Shown here: piece after piece, positions 31,801 to 47,800 of the stretch
Position numbering within the stretch: the first letter of the stretch is position 1
How the letters are laid out: every line of letters starts with the position of its first letter
Assembly: GCA_964016885.1 (NCBI GenBank)
Contig: OZ024743.1
Location: forward strand, 209,746,001-209,810,000
Direction of reading: 5' to 3'
DNA length: 64,000 nt
Source: Eledone cirrhosa
Lineage: Eukaryota
Made by a program: the position numbers and the translations under genes
Notes under the pieces: model-generated
The model's input: only the letters and a program-made list of their open reading frames with translations
Databases searched by the model: none
What the model was told of the DNA's origin: nothing

Positions 31801-32050
31801 ACAGATGAAACCTCTTCACTCCATAACATATACCACAGTTTACCATCCTATAGCCACAGATTAAAGCTGTTCACTCGATAAGATATACCACAGTTTACCA
31901 TCCTATAGCCACACATGAAAGCGCTTCACTCCATGAGATATACCACACTTTACCATCCTATAGCCACACATGAAAGCTCTTCACTCCAGAAGATATACCA
32001 CAGTTTACCATCCTATAGCCAGATGAAAGCTCTTCACTCCATAAGATATA
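19900..32050. repeat. Tandem duplication of a two-HOR unit, about 5.9-6.0 kb
   Basis: Offsets are 19988/26034 (6046), 21625/27561 (5936), 22510/28501 and 23394/29385 (5991), 24098/29979 through 26034/31915 (5881), differing by multiples of 55. Shared rare variants include TTAACAATCT, CTTCTCTCC, CCTCATAAG, TATAACCAG and GATTAA. Confidence 0.88.
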
Positions 32051-32399
32051 CCACAGTTTACCATCCTATAGGCACACATGAAAGCTCTTCACTCCATAAG
32101 ATATACCACAGTTTACCATCCTATAGGCACACATGAAAGCTCTTCACTCCATAAGATATACCACAGTTTACCATCCTATAGCCACAGATGAAAGCTCTTC
32201 ACTCGTTAAGATATACCACAGTTTACCATCCTATAGCCACAGATGAAAGCTCTTCACTCCATAAGATATACCACAGTTCACCATCCTATAGCCACAGATG
32301 AAAGCTCTTCACTCCACAAGATATACCACAGTTTACCATCCTATAGCCACACATGAAAGCTCTTCAATCCATAAGATATACCACAGTTTACCATCCTAT

Positions 32400-35300
32400 A
32401 GCCACAGATGAAAGCTCTTCACCCCATAAGATATACCACAGTTTACCATCCTATAGCCACACATGAAAGCTCTTCACTCCATAAGATATACCACAGTTTA
32501 CCATCCTATAGCCACAGATGAAAGCTCTTCACCCCATAAGATATACCATAGTGTACCATCCTATAGCCACACATGAAAGCTCTTCACTCCATCAGATATA
32601 CCACAGTTTACCATCCTATAGCCACACATGAAAGCTCTTCACTCCATAAGATATACCACAGTTTACCATCCTATAGCCACAGATGAAAGCTCTTCACCCC
32701 ATAAGATATACCACAGTTTACCATCCTATAGCCACACATGAAAGCTCTTCACCCCATAAGATATACCACAGTTTAGCATCCTATTGCCACACATGAAAGT
32801 TCTTCACTCGATAAGATATACCACAGTTTACCAATCTATAGCCACACATGAAAGCTCTTCACTCCATAAGATATACCACAGTTTACCATCCTATATCAAG
32901 ATGAAAGCTCTTCACTCCATAAGATATACGACAGTTTACCATCCTATAGCCACACATGAAAGCTCTTCAATCCATAAGATATACCTCAGTTTACCATCTT
33001 ATAGCCACAGATGAAAGCTCTTCACTCCATAAGATATACCACAGTTTACCATCCTATAGCCACACATGAAAGCTCTTCACTCCATAAGATATACCACAGT
33101 TTACCATCCTATAGCCACACATGAAAGCTCTTCACTCCATAAGATATACCACAGTTTACCATGCTATAGCCACAGATGAAAGCTGTTCACTCCATAAGAT
33201 ATACCACAGTTTACCATCCTATAGCCACACATGAAAGCTCTTCACTCCATACGATATACCACAGTTTACCATCCTATAGCTACAGATGAAAGCTCTTCAC
33301 CCCATAAGATATACCACAGTTTACCATCCTATAGCCACACATGAAAGCTCTTCACTACATAAGATATACCACAGTTTACCATCCTATAGCCACACATGAA
33401 AGCTCTTCACTCCATAAGATATACCACAGTTTACCATCCTATAGCCACAGATGAAAGCTCTCCACCCCATAAGATATACCACAGTTTACCATCCTATTGC
33501 CACACATGAAAGCTCTTCACTCCATAAGATATACCACAGTTTACCATCCTATAGCCAGATGAAAGCTCTTCACTCCATGAGATATACGACAGTTTACCAT
33601 CCTATAGCCACACATGAAATCTCTTCACTCCATAAGATATACCTCAGTTTACCATCCTATAGCCACAGATGAAAGCTCTTCACTCCATAAGATATACCAC
33701 AGTTTACCATCCTATAGCCACACATGAAAGCTCTTCACGCCATAAGATATACCTCAGTTTACCATCCTATAGCCACAGATGAAAGCTCTTCACTCCATAA
33801 GATATACCACAGTTTACTATCCTATAGCCACAAATGAGAGCTCTTCACTCCATAAGATATACCACAGTTTACCATCCTATGGCCACACATGAAAGCTCTT
33901 CACCCCATAAGATATACCACAGTTTACCATCCTATAGCCAGATGAAAGCTCTTCACTCCGTAAAATATACCACAGTTTACCATCCTATAGCCACACATGA
34001 AAGCTCTTCACTCCATAAGATATACCACAGTTGACCATCCTATAGCCAGATGAAAGCTCTTCACTCCATAAGATATGCCACAGTTTACCATCCTATAGCC
34101 ACACATGAAAGCTCTTCACTCCATAAGATATACCACTGTTTACCATCCTATGGCCACACATGAAAGCACTTCACTCCATAAGATATACCACAGTTTACCA
34201 TCCTATAGCCAGATGAAAGCTCTTCACTCCATAAAATATACCACAGTTTACCATCCTATAGCCAGATGAAAGCTCTTCACTCCATAAGATATACGACAGT
34301 TTACCATCCTATAGCCACACATGAAATCTCTTCACTCCATAAGATATACCTCAATTTACCATCCTATAGCCACAGATGAAAGCTCTTCACTCCATAAGAT
34401 ATACCACAGTTTACCATCCTATAGCCACACATGAAAGCTCTTCACGCCATAAGATATACCTCAGTTTACCATCCTATAGCCACAGATGAAAGCTCTTCAC
34501 TCCATAAGATATACCACAGTTTACTATCCGATAGCCACACATGAGAGCTCTTCACTCCATAAGATATACCACAGTTTACCATCCTATGGCCACACATGAA
34601 AGCTCTTCACCCCATAAGATATACCACAGTTTACCATCCTATAGCCAGATGAAAGCTCTTCACTCCGTAAAATATACCACAGTTTACCATCCTATAGCCA
34701 CACATGAAAGCTCTTCACTCCATAAGATATACCACAGTTGACCATCCTATAGCCACACATGAGAGCTCTTCACTCCATAAGATATACCACAGTTTACCAT
34801 CCTATAGCCACACATGAAAGCTCTTCACTCCATAAGATATACCACCGTTTACCATCCTATGGCCACACATCAAAGCTCTTCACTCCATAAGATATACCAC
34901 AGTTTACCATCCTATAGCCAGATGAAAGCTCTTCACTCCATAAAATATACCACAGTTTACCATCCTATAGCCACAGATGAAAGCTCTTCACTCCATAAGA
35001 TATACCACAGTTTTCCGTCCTATAGCCAGATGAAAGCTCTTCACTCCATAAGATATACCACAGTTTACCACCCTATAGCCACAGATGAAAGCTCTTCACT
35101 TCATGAGATATACCACAGTTTACCATCCTATAGCCACGCCACGGAAGAAAGCTCTTCACTCCATAAGATATACCACAGTTTACAATCCTATAGCCACAGA
35201 TGAAAGCTCTTCACTCCATGAGATATACCACAGTTTACCATCCTATGGCCACAGACGAATGCTCTTCACTCCATAAGATATACCACAGTTTACCATCCTA

Positions 35301-38300
35301 TAGCCACAGATGAGAGCTCTTCACTCCATAAGATATACCACAGTTTACCATCCTATAGCCACACATGAAAGCTCTTAACTCCATAAGATATACCACAGTT
35401 TACCATCCTATAGCCACGCCACGGATGAAAGCTATTCACTCCATAAGATATACCACAGTTTACCATCCTATAGTCACACATGAAAGCTCTTCACTCCATA
35501 AGATATAACACAGTTTACCATCCTATAGCCAGATGAAAGCTCTTCACTCCATAAGATATACCACAGTTTGCCATCCTATAGCCACAGATGAAAGCTCTTC
35601 ACTCCTTAAGATATACCACAGTTTACCATCTTGTAGCCACAGATGAAAGCTCTTCACTCCATAACATAAACCACAGTTTACCATCCTATAGCCACAGATG
35701 AAAGCTCTTCACTCCATAAGATATACCACAGTTCACCATCCTATAGCCACAGATGAAAGCTCTTCACTCCACAAGATATACCACAGTTTACCATCCTATA
35801 GCCACAGATGAAAGCTCTTCACTCCATAAGATATACCACAGTTTACCATCCTATAGCCACAGATGAAAGCTCTTCACCCCATAAGATATACCACAGTTTA
35901 CCATCCTATAGCCACACATGAAAGCTCTTCACTCCATAAGATATACCACAGTTTACCATCCTATAGCCACAGATGAAAGCTCTTCACCCCATAAGATATA
36001 CCATAGTGTACCATCCTATAGCCACACATGAAAGCTCTTCACTCCATCAGATATACCACAGTTTACCATCCTATAGCCACACATGAAAGCTCTTCACTCC
36101 ATAAGATATACCACAGTTTACCATCCTATAGCCACAGATGAAAGCTCTTCACCCTATAAGATATACCACAGTTTACCATCCTATAGCCACACATGAAAGC
36201 TCTTCACCCCATAAGATATACCACAGTTTAGCATCCTATTGCCACACATGAAAGTTCTTCACTCGATAAGATATACCACAGTTTACCAATCTATAGCCAC
36301 ACATGAAAGCTCTTCACTCCATAAGATATACCACAGTTTACCATCCTATAGCAAGATGAAAGCTCTTCACTCCATAAGATATACGACAGTTTACCATCCT
36401 ATAGCCACACATGAAAGCTCTTCAATCCATAAGATATACCTCAGTTTACCATCTTATAGCCACAGATGAAAGCTCTTCACTCCATAAGATATACCACAGT
36501 TTACCATCCTATAGCCACACATGAAAGCTCTTCACTCCATAAGATATACCACAGTTTACCATCCTATAGCCACACATGAAAGCTCTTCACTCCATAAGAT
36601 ATACCACAGTTTACCATGCTATAGCCACAGATGAAAGCTGTTCACTCCATAAGATATACCACAGTTTACCATCCTATAGCCACACATGAAAGCTCTTCAC
36701 TCCATAAGATATACCACAGTTTACCATCCTATAGCTACAGATGAAAGCTCTTCACCCCATAAGATATACCACAGTTTACCATCCTATAGCCACACATGAA
36801 AGCTCTTCACTACATAAGATATACCACAGTTTACCATCCTATAGCCACACATGAAAGCTCTTCACTCCATAAGATATACCACAGTTTACCATCCTATAGC
36901 CACAGATGAAAGCTCTCCACCCCATAAGATATACCACAGTTTACCATCCTATTGCCACACATGAAAGCTCTTCACTCCATAAAATATACCACAGTTTACC
37001 ATCCTATAGCCAGATGAAAGCTCTTCACTCCATAAGATATACGACAGTTTACCATCCTATAGCCACACATGAAATCTCTTCACTCCATAAGATATACCTC
37101 AGTTTACCATCCTATAGCCACAGATGAAAGCTCTTCACTCCATAAGATATACCACAGTTTACCATCCTATAGCCACACATGAAAGCTCTTCACGCCATAA
37201 GATATACCTCAGTTTACCATCCTATAGCCACAGATGAAAGCTCTTCACTCCATAAGATATACCACAGTTTACTATCCTATAGCCACACATGAGAGCTCTT
37301 CACTCCATAAGATATACCACAGTTTACCATCCTATGGCCACACATGAAAGCTCTTCACCCCATAAGATATACCACAGTTTACCATCCTATAGCCAGATGA
37401 AAGCTCTTCACTCCGTAAAATATACCACAGTTTACCATCCTATAGCCACACATGAAAGCTCTTCACTCCATAAGATATACCACAGTTGACCATCCTATAG
37501 CCACACATGAGAGCTCTTCACTCCATAAGATATGCCACAGTTTACCATCCTATAGCCACACATGAAAGCTCTTCACTCCATAAGATATACCACTGTTTAC
37601 CATCCTATGACCAGACATGAAAGCACTTCACTCCATAAGATATACCACAGTTTACCATCCTATAGCCAGATGAAAGCTCTTCACTCCATAAAATATACCA
37701 CAGTTTACCATCCTATAGCCAGATGAAAGCTCTTCACTCCATAAGATATACGACAGTTTACCATCCTATAGCCACACATGAAATCTCTTCACTCCATAAG
37801 ATATACCTCAATTTACCATCCTATAGCCACAGATGAAAGCTCTTCACTCCATAAGATATACCACAGTTTACCATCCTATAGCCACACATGAAAGCTCTTC
37901 ACGCCATAAGATATACCTCAGTTTACCATCCTATAGCCACAGATGAAAGCTCTTCACTCCATAAGATATACCACAGTTTACTATCCGATAGCCACACATG
38001 AGAGCTCTTCACTCCATAAGATATACCACAGTTTACCATCCTATGGCCACACATGAAAGCTCTTCACCCCATAAGATATACCACAGTTTACCATCCTATA
38101 GTCAGATGAAAGCTCTTCACTCCGTAAAATATACCACAGTTTACCATCCTATAGCCACACATGAAAGCTCTTCACTCCATAAGATATACCACAGTTGACC
38201 ATCCTATAGCCACACATGAGAGCTCTTCACTCCATAAGATATACCACAGTTTACCATCCTATAGCCACACATGAAAGCTCTTCACTCCATAAGATATACC

Positions 38301-39110
38301 ACCGTTTACCATCCTATGGCCACACATCAAAGCTCTTCACTCCATAAGATATACCACAGTTTACCATCCTATAGCCAGATGAAAGCTCTTCACTCCATAA
38401 AATATACCACAGTTTACCATCCTATAGCCACAGATGAAAGCTCTTCACTCCATAAGATATACCACAGTTTTCCGTCCTATAGCCAGATGAAAGCTCTTCA
38501 CTCCATAAGATATACCACAGTTTACCACCCTATAGCCACAGATGAAAGCTCTTCACTTCATGAGATATACCACAGTTTACCATCCTATAGCCACGCCACG
38601 GAAGAAAGCTCTTCACTCAATAAGATATACCACAGTTTACAATCCTATAGCCACAGATGAAAGCTCTTCACTCCATGAGATATACCACAGTTTACCATCC
38701 TATGGCCACAGACGAATGCTCTTCACTCCATAAGATATACCACAGTTTACCATCCTATAGCCACAGATGAGAGCTCTTCACTCCATAAGATATACCACAG
38801 TTTACCATCCTATAGCCACACATGAAAGCTCTTAACTCCATAAGATATACCACAGTTTACCATCCTATAGCCACGCCACGGATGAAAGCTATTCACTCCA
38901 TAAGATATACCACAGTTTACCATCCTATAGTCACACATGAAAGCTCTTCACTCCATAAGATATAACACAGTTTACCATCCTATAGCCAGATGAAAGCTCT
39001 TCACTCCATAAGATATACCACAGTTTGCCATCCTATAGCCACAGATGAAAGCTCTTCACTCCTTAAGATATACCACAGTTTACCATCTTGTAGCCACAGA
39101 GGAAAGCTCT
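32400..39110. repeat. Tandem duplication, offset 3,455-3,457 bp, each copy with an internal 707/709-bp duplication
   Basis: Offsets are 32784/36239, 33451/36906, 33834/37289 (3455) and 34541/37998, 34814/38271, 35085/38542 (3457). Internal pairs are 33834/34541 and 37289/37998. Shared rare variants include TAGCTACAG, CACATCAAAG and TTTTCCGTCC. Confidence 0.88.
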
Positions 39111-41126
39111 TCACTCCATAACATATACCACAGTTTACCATCCTATAGCCACAGATGAAAGCTGTTCACTCGATAAGATATACCACAGTTTACCATCCTA
39201 TAGCCACACATGAAAGCGCTTCACTCCATGAGATATACCACAGTTTACCATCCTATAGCCACACATGAAAGCTCTTCACTCCAGAAGATATACCACAGTT
39301 TACCATCCTATAGCCAGATGAAAGCTCTTCACTCCATAAGATATACCACAGTTTACCATCCTATAGCCACAGATGAAAGCTCTTCACTCGTTAAGATATA
39401 CCACAGTTTACCATCCTATAGCCACAGATGAAAGCTCTTCACTCCATAAGATATACCACAGTTCACCATCCTATAGCCACAGATGAAAGCTCTTCACTCC
39501 ACAAGATATACCACAGTTTACCATCCTATAGCCACAGATGAAAGCTCTTCACTCCATAAGATATACCACAGTTTACCATCCTATAGACACACATGAAAGC
39601 TCTTCACCCCATAAGATATACCACAGTTTACCATCCTATAGCCACACATGAAAGCTCTTCACTCCATAAGATATACCACAGTTTACCATCCTATAGCCAC
39701 AGATGAAAGCTCTTCACCCCATAAGATATACGACAGTTTACCATCCTATAGCCACACATGAAAGCTCTTCACCCCATAAGATATACCACAGTTTAGCATC
39801 CTATTGCCACACATGAAAGTTCTTCACTCGATAAGATATACCACAGTTTACCAATCTATAGCCACACATGAAAGCTCTTCACTCCATAAGATATACCACA
39901 GTTTACCATCCTATAGCAAGATGAAAGCTCTTCACTCCATAAGATATACGACAGTTTACCATCCTATAGCCACACATGAAAGCTCTTCAATCCATAAGAT
40001 ATACCTCAGTTTACCATCTTATAGCCACAGATGAAAGCTCTTCACTCCATAAGATATACCACAGTTTACCATCCTATAGCCACACATGAAAGCTCTTCAC
40101 TCCATAAGATATACCACAGTTTACCATCCTATAGCCACACATGAAAGCTCTTCACTCCATAAGATATACCACAGTTTACCATGCTATAGCCACAGATGAA
40201 AGCTGTTCACTCCATAAGATATACCACAGTTTACCATCCTATAGCCACACATGAAAGCTCTTCACTCCATAAGATATACCACAGTTTACCATCCTATAGC
40301 CACAGATGAAAGCTCTTCACCCCATAAGATATACCACAGTTTACCATCCTATAGCCACACATGAAAGCTCTTCACTACATAAGATATAGCACAGTTTACC
40401 ATCCTATAGCCACACATGAAAGCTCTTCACTCCATAAGATATACCACAGTTTACCATCCTATAGCCACAGATGAAAGCTCTCCACCCCATAAGATATACC
40501 ACAGTTTACCATCCTATTGCCACACATGAAAGCTCTTCACTCCATAAGATATACCACAGTTTACCATCCTATAGCCAGATGAAAGCTCTTCACTCCATAA
40601 GATATACGACAGTTTACCATCCTATAGCCACACATGAAATCTCTTCACTCCATAAGATATACCTCAGTTTACCATCCTATAGCCACAGATGAAAGCTCTT
40701 CACTCCATAAGATATACCACAGTTTACCATCCTATAGCCACACATGAAAGCTCTTCACGCCATAAGATATACCTCAGTTTACCATCCTATAGCCACAGAT
40801 GAAAGCTCTTCACTCCATAAGATATACCACAGTTTACTATCCTATAGCCACACATGAGAGCTCTTCACTCCATAAGATATACCACAGTTTACCATCCTAT
40901 GGCCACACATGAAAGCTCTTCACCCCATAAGATATACCACAGTTTACCATCCTATAGCCAGATGAAAGCTCTTCACTCCGTAAAATATACCACAGTTTAC
41001 CATCCTATAGCCAAACATGAAAGCTCTTCACTCCATAAGATATACCACAGTTGACCATCCTATAGCCACACATGAGAGCTCTTCACTCCATAAGATATGC
41101 CACAGTTTACCATCCTATAGCCACAC

Positions 41127-44100
41127 ATGAAAGCTCTTCACTCCATAAGATATACCACTGTTTACCATCCTATGGCCACACATGAAAGCACTTCACTCCA
41201 TAAGATATACCACAGTTTACCATCCTATAGCCAGATGAAAGCTCTTCACTCCATAAAATATACCACAGTTTACCATCCTATAGCCACAGATGAAAGCTCT
41301 TCACTCCATAAGATATACCACAGTTTACCGTCCTATAGCCAGATGAAAGCTCTTCACTCCATAAGATATACCACAGTTTACCACCCTATAGCCACAGATG
41401 AAAGCTCTTCACTCCATGAGATATACCACAGTTTACCATCCTATAGCCACGCCACGGAAGAAAGCTCTTCACTCCATAAGATATACCACAGTTTACAATC
41501 CTATAGCCACAGATGAAAGCTCTTCACTCCATGAGATATACCACAGTTTACCATCCTATGGCCACAGACGAATGCTCTTCACTCCATAAGATATACCACA
41601 GTTTACCATCCTATAGCCACAGATGAAAGCTCTTCACTCCATAAGATATACCACAGTTTACCATCCTATAGCCACACATGAAAGCTCTTAACTCCATAAG
41701 ATATACCACAGTTTACCATCCTATAGCCACGCCACGGATGAAAGCTATTCACTCCATAAGATATACCACAGTTTACCATCCTATAGTCACACATGAAAGC
41801 TCTTCACTCCATAAGATATACCACAGTTTACCATCCTATAGCCAGATGAAAGCTCTTCACTCCATAAGATATACCACAGTTTGCCATCCTATAGCCACAG
41901 ATGAAAGCTCTTCACTCCTTAAGATATACCACAGTTTACCATCTTGTAGCCACAGATGAAAGCTCTTCACTCCATAACATATACCACAGTTTACCATCCT
42001 ATAGCCACAGATGAAAGCTGTTCACTCGATAAGATATACCAGTTTCCGATCCTATAGCCACACATGAAAGCGCTTCACTCCATAAGATATACCACAGTTT
42101 ACCATCCTATAGCCACACATGAAAGCTCTTCACTCCATAAGATATACCACAGTTTACCATCCTATAGCCAGATGAAAGCTCTTCACTCCATAAGATATAC
42201 CACAGTTTACCATCCTATAGCCACAGATGAAAGCTGTTCACTCCATAAGATATACCACAGTTTACCATCCTATAGCCACAGATGAAAGCTGTTCACTCCA
42301 TGAGATATACCACAGTTTACCATCCTATAGCCACACATGAAAACTCTTCACTCCATAAGATATACCACAGTTTACCATCCTATAGCCACAGATGAAAGCT
42401 GTTCACTCCATAACATATACGACAGTTTACCATCCTATAGCCAGATGAAAGCTCTTCACTCCATAAGATATACCACAGATTACCATCCTATAGCCACAGA
42501 TGAAAGCTGTTCACTCCATAAGATATACCACAGTTCACCATCCTATAGCCACAGATGAAAGCTCTTCACCCCATAAGATATACCACAGTTTACCATCCTA
42601 TAGCCACACATGAAAGCTCTTCACCCCATAAGATATACCACAGTTTAGCATCCTATTGCCACACATGAAAGTTCTTCACTCGATAAGATATACCACAGTT
42701 TACCAATCTATAGCCACACATGAAAGCTCTTCACTCCATAAGATATACCACAGTTTACCATCCTATAGCAAGATGAAAGCGCTTCACTCCATAAGATATA
42801 CGACAGTTTACCATCCTATAGCCACACATGAAAGCTCTTCAATCCATAAGATATACCTCAGTTTACCATCTTATAGCCACAGATGAAAGCTCTTCACTCC
42901 ATAAGATATACCACAGTTTACCATCCTATAGCCACACATGAAAGCTCTTCATTCCATAAGATATACCACAGTTTACAATCCTATAGCCACACATGAAAGC
43001 TCTTCACTCCATAAGATATACCACAGTTTACCATGCTATAGCCACAGATGAAAGCTGTTCACTCCATAAGATATACCACAGTTTACCATCCTATAGCCAC
43101 ACATGAAAGCTCTTCACTCCATAAGATATACCACTGTTTACCATCCTATGGCCACACATGAAAGCACTTCACTCCATAAGATATACCACAGTTTACCATC
43201 CTATAGCCAGATGAAAGCTCTTCACTCCATAAAATATACCACAGTTTACCATGCTATAGCCACAGATGAAAGCTCTTCACTCCATAAGATATACCACAGT
43301 TTACCGTCCTATAGCCAGATGAAAGCTCTTCACTCCATAAGATATACCACAGTTTACCACCCTATAGCCACAGATGAAAGCTCTTCACTCCATGAGATAT
43401 ACCACAGTTTACCATCCTATAGCCACGCCACGGAAGAAAGCTCTTCACTCCATAAGATATACCACAGTTTACAATCCTATAGCCACAGATGAAAGCTCTT
43501 CACTCCATGAGATATACCACAGTTTACCATCCTATGGCCACAGACGAATGCTCTTCACTCCATAAGATATACCACAGTTTACCATCCTATAGCCACGCCA
43601 CGGATGAAAGCTATTCACTCCATAAGATATACCACAGTTTACCATCCTATAGTCACACATGAAAGCTCTTCACTCCATAAGATATACCACAGTTTACCAT
43701 CCTATAGCCAGATGAAAGCTCTTCACTCCATAAGATATACCACAGTTTGCCATCCTATAGCCACAGATGAAAGCTCTTCACTCCTTAAGATATACCACAG
43801 TTTACCATCTTGTAGCCACAGATGAAAGCTCTTCACTCCATAACATATACCACAGTTTACCATCCTATAGCCACAGATGAAAGCTGTTCACTCGATAAGA
43901 TATACCACAGTTTCCCATCCTATAGCCACACATGAAAGTGCTTCACTCCATAAGATATACCACAGTTTACCATCCTATAGCCACACATGAAAGCTCTTCA
44001 CTCCATAAGATATACCACAGTTTACCATCCTATAGCCACACATGAAAGCTCTTCACTCCATAAGATATACCACAGTTTACCATCCTATAGCCAGATGAAA

Positions 44101-44800
44101 GCTCTTCACTCCATAAGATATACCACAGTTTACCATCCTATAGCCACAGATGAAAGCTGTTCACTCCATAAGATATACCACAGTTTACCATCCTATAGCC
44201 ACAGATGAAAGCTGTTCACTCCATAAGATATACCACAGTTTACCATCCTATAGCCACACATGAAAACTCTTCACTCCATAAGATATACCACAGTTTACCA
44301 TCCTATAGCCACAGATGAAAGCTGTTCACTCCATAACATATACGACAATTTACCATCCTATAGCCAGATGAAAGCTCTTCACTCCATAAGATATACCACA
44401 GATTACCATCCTATAGCCACAGATGAAAGCTGTTCACTCCATAGGATATACCACAGCTTACCATCCTATAGTCAGATGAAAGCTCTTCACTCCATAAGAT
44501 ATACGACAGTTTACCATGCTATAGCCACACATGAAAGCTCTTCAATCCATAAGATATACCTCAGTTTACCATCTTATAGCCACAGATGAAAGCTCTTCAC
44601 TCCATAAGATATACCACAGTTTACCATCCTATAGCCACACATAAAAGCTCTTCACTCCATAAGATATACCACAGTTTACAATCCTATAGCCACACATGAA
44701 AGCTCTTCACTCCATAAGATATACCACAGTTTACCATGCTATAGCCACAGATGAAAGCTGTTCACTCCATAAGATATACCACAGTTTACCATCCTATAGC
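41127..44800. repeat. Tandem duplication, offset about 1.9-2.0 kb, carrying an atypical monomer cassette
   Basis: Offsets are 41127/43103 and 41398/43374 (1976), then 42064/43987 and 42337/44260 (1923). Both copies contain runs of AAGCTGTT monomers and the CACAGATTACC variant. Confidence 0.85.
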
Positions 44801-47800
44801 CACACATGAAAGCTCTTCACTCCATAAGATATACCACAGTTTACCATCCTATAGCCACAGATGAAAGCTCTTCACCACATAAGATATACCACAGTTTACC
44901 ATCCTATAGCCACACATGAAAGCTCTTCACTACATAAGATATACCACAGTTTACCATCCTATTGCCACACATGAAAGCTCTTCACTCCATAAGATATACC
45001 ACAGTTTACCATCCTATAGCCAGATGAAAGCTCTTCACTCCATAAGATATACGACAGTTTACCATCCTATAGCCACACATGAAAGCTCTTCACTCCATAA
45101 GATATACCACAGTTTACAATCCTATGGCCACAGATGAAAGCTCTTCACCCCATAAGATATACCACAGTTTACCATCCTATAGCCACACATGAAAGCTCTT
45201 CACCCCATAAGATATACCACAGTTTACCATCCTATTGCCACACATGAAAGCTCTTCACTCCATAAGATATACCACAGTTTACAATCCTATAGCCACACAT
45301 GAAAGCTCTTCACTCCATAAGATATACCACAGTTTACCATGCTATAGCCACAGATGAAAGCTGTTTACTCCATAAGATATACCTCAGTTTACCATCCTAT
45401 AGCCACAGATGAAAGCTCTTCACTCCATAAGATATACCACAGTTTACCATCCTATAGCCACACATGAAAGCTCTTCACGCCATAAGATATACCTCAGTTT
45501 ACCATCCTATAGCCACAGATGAAAGCTCTTAACTCCATAAGATATACCACAGTTTACTATCCTATAGCCACACATCAGAGCTCTTCACTCCATAAGATAT
45601 ACCACAGTTTACCATCCTATGGCCACACATGAAAGCTCTTCACCCCATAAGATATACCACAGTTTACCATCCTATAGCCAGATAAAAGCTCTTCACTCCG
45701 TAAAATATACCACAGTTTACCATCCTATAGCCACACATGAAAGCCCTTCACTCCATAAGATATACCACAGTTTACCATCCTATAGCCACAGATGAAAGCT
45801 CTTCACCCCATAAGATATACCACAGTTTACCATCCTATTGCCACACATGAAAGCTCTTCACTCCATAAGATATACCACAGTTTACCATCCTATAGCCAGA
45901 TGAAAGCTCTTCACTCCATAAGATATACGACAGTTTACCATCCTATAGCCACACATGAAATCTCTTCACTCCATAAGATATACCTCAGTTTACCATCCTA
46001 TAGCCACAGATGAAAGCTCTTCACTCCATAAGATATACCACAGTTTACCATCCTATAGCCACACATGAAAGCTCTTCACGCCATAAGATATACCTCAGTT
46101 TACCATCCTATAGCCACAAATGAAAGCTCTTCACTCCATAAGATATACCACAGTTTACTATCCGATAGCCACACATGAGAGCTCTTCACTCCATAAGATA
46201 TACCACAGTTTACCATCCTATGGCCACACATGAAAGCTCTTCACCCCATAAGATATACCACAGTTTACCATCCTATAGCCAGATGAAAGCTCTTCACTCC
46301 GTAAAATATACCACAGTTTACCATCCTATAGCCACACATGAAAGCTCTTCACTCCATAACATATACCACAGTTGACCATCCTATAGCCACACATGAGAGC
46401 TCTTCACTCCATAAGATATACCACAGTTTACCATCCTATAGCCACACATGAAAGCTCTTCACTCCATAAGATATACCACCGTTTACCATCCTATGGCCAC
46501 ACATGAAAGCTCTTCACTCCATAAGATATACCACAGTTTACCATCCTATAGCCAGATGAAAGCTTTTCACTCCATAAAATATACCACAGTTTACCATCCT
46601 ATAGCCACAGATGAAAGCTCTTCACTCCATAAGATATACCACAGTTTACCGTCCTATAGCCAGATGAAAGCTCTTCACTCCATAAGATATACCACAGTTT
46701 ACCACCCTATAGCCACAGATGAAAGCTCTTCACTTCATGAGATATACCACAGTTTACCATCCTATAGCCACGCCACGGAAGAAAGCTCTTCACTCCATAA
46801 GATATACAACAGTTTACAATCCTATAGCCACAGATGAAAGCTCTTCACTCCATGAGATATACCACAGTTTACCATCCTATAGCCACACATGAAAGCTCTT
46901 CACTCCAGAAGATATACCACAGTTTACCATCCTATAGCCAGATGAAAGCTCTTCACTCCATAAGATATACCACAGTTTACCATCCTATAGCCACAGATGA
47001 AAGCTCTTCACTCGTTAAGATATACCACAGTTTACCATCCTATAGCCACAGATGAAAGCTCTTCACTCCATAAGATATACCACAGTTCACCATCCTATAG
47101 CCACAGATGAAAGCTCTTCACTCCACAAGATATACCACAGTTTACCATCCTATAGCCACAGACGAATGCTCTTCACTCCATAAGATATACCACAGTTTAC
47201 CATCCTATAGCCACAGATGAAAGCTCTTCACTCCATAAGATATACCACAGTTTACCATCCTATAGCCACACATGATAGCTCTTAACTCCATAAGATATAC
47301 CACAGTTTACCATCCTATAGCCACGCCACGGATGAAAGCTATTCACTCCATAAGATATACCACAGTTTACCATCCTATAGTCACACATGAAAGCTCTTCA
47401 CTCCATAAGATATACCACAGTTTGCCATCCTATAGCCACAGATGAAAGCTCTTCACTCCTTAAGATATACCACAGTTTACCATCTTGTAGCCACAGATGA
47501 AAGCTCTTCACTCCATAACATATACCACAGTTTACCATCCTATAGCCACAGATGAAAGCTGTTCACTCGATAAGATATACCACAGTTTACCATCCTATAG
47601 CCACACATGAAAGCGCTTCACTCCATGAGATATACCACAGTTTACCATCCTATAGCCACACATGAAAGCTCTTCACTCCAGAAGATATACCACAGTTTAC
47701 CATCCTATAGCCAGATGAAAGCTCTTCACTCCATAAGATATACCACAATTTACCATCCTATAGCCACAGATGAAAGCTCTTCACTCGTTAAGATATACCA

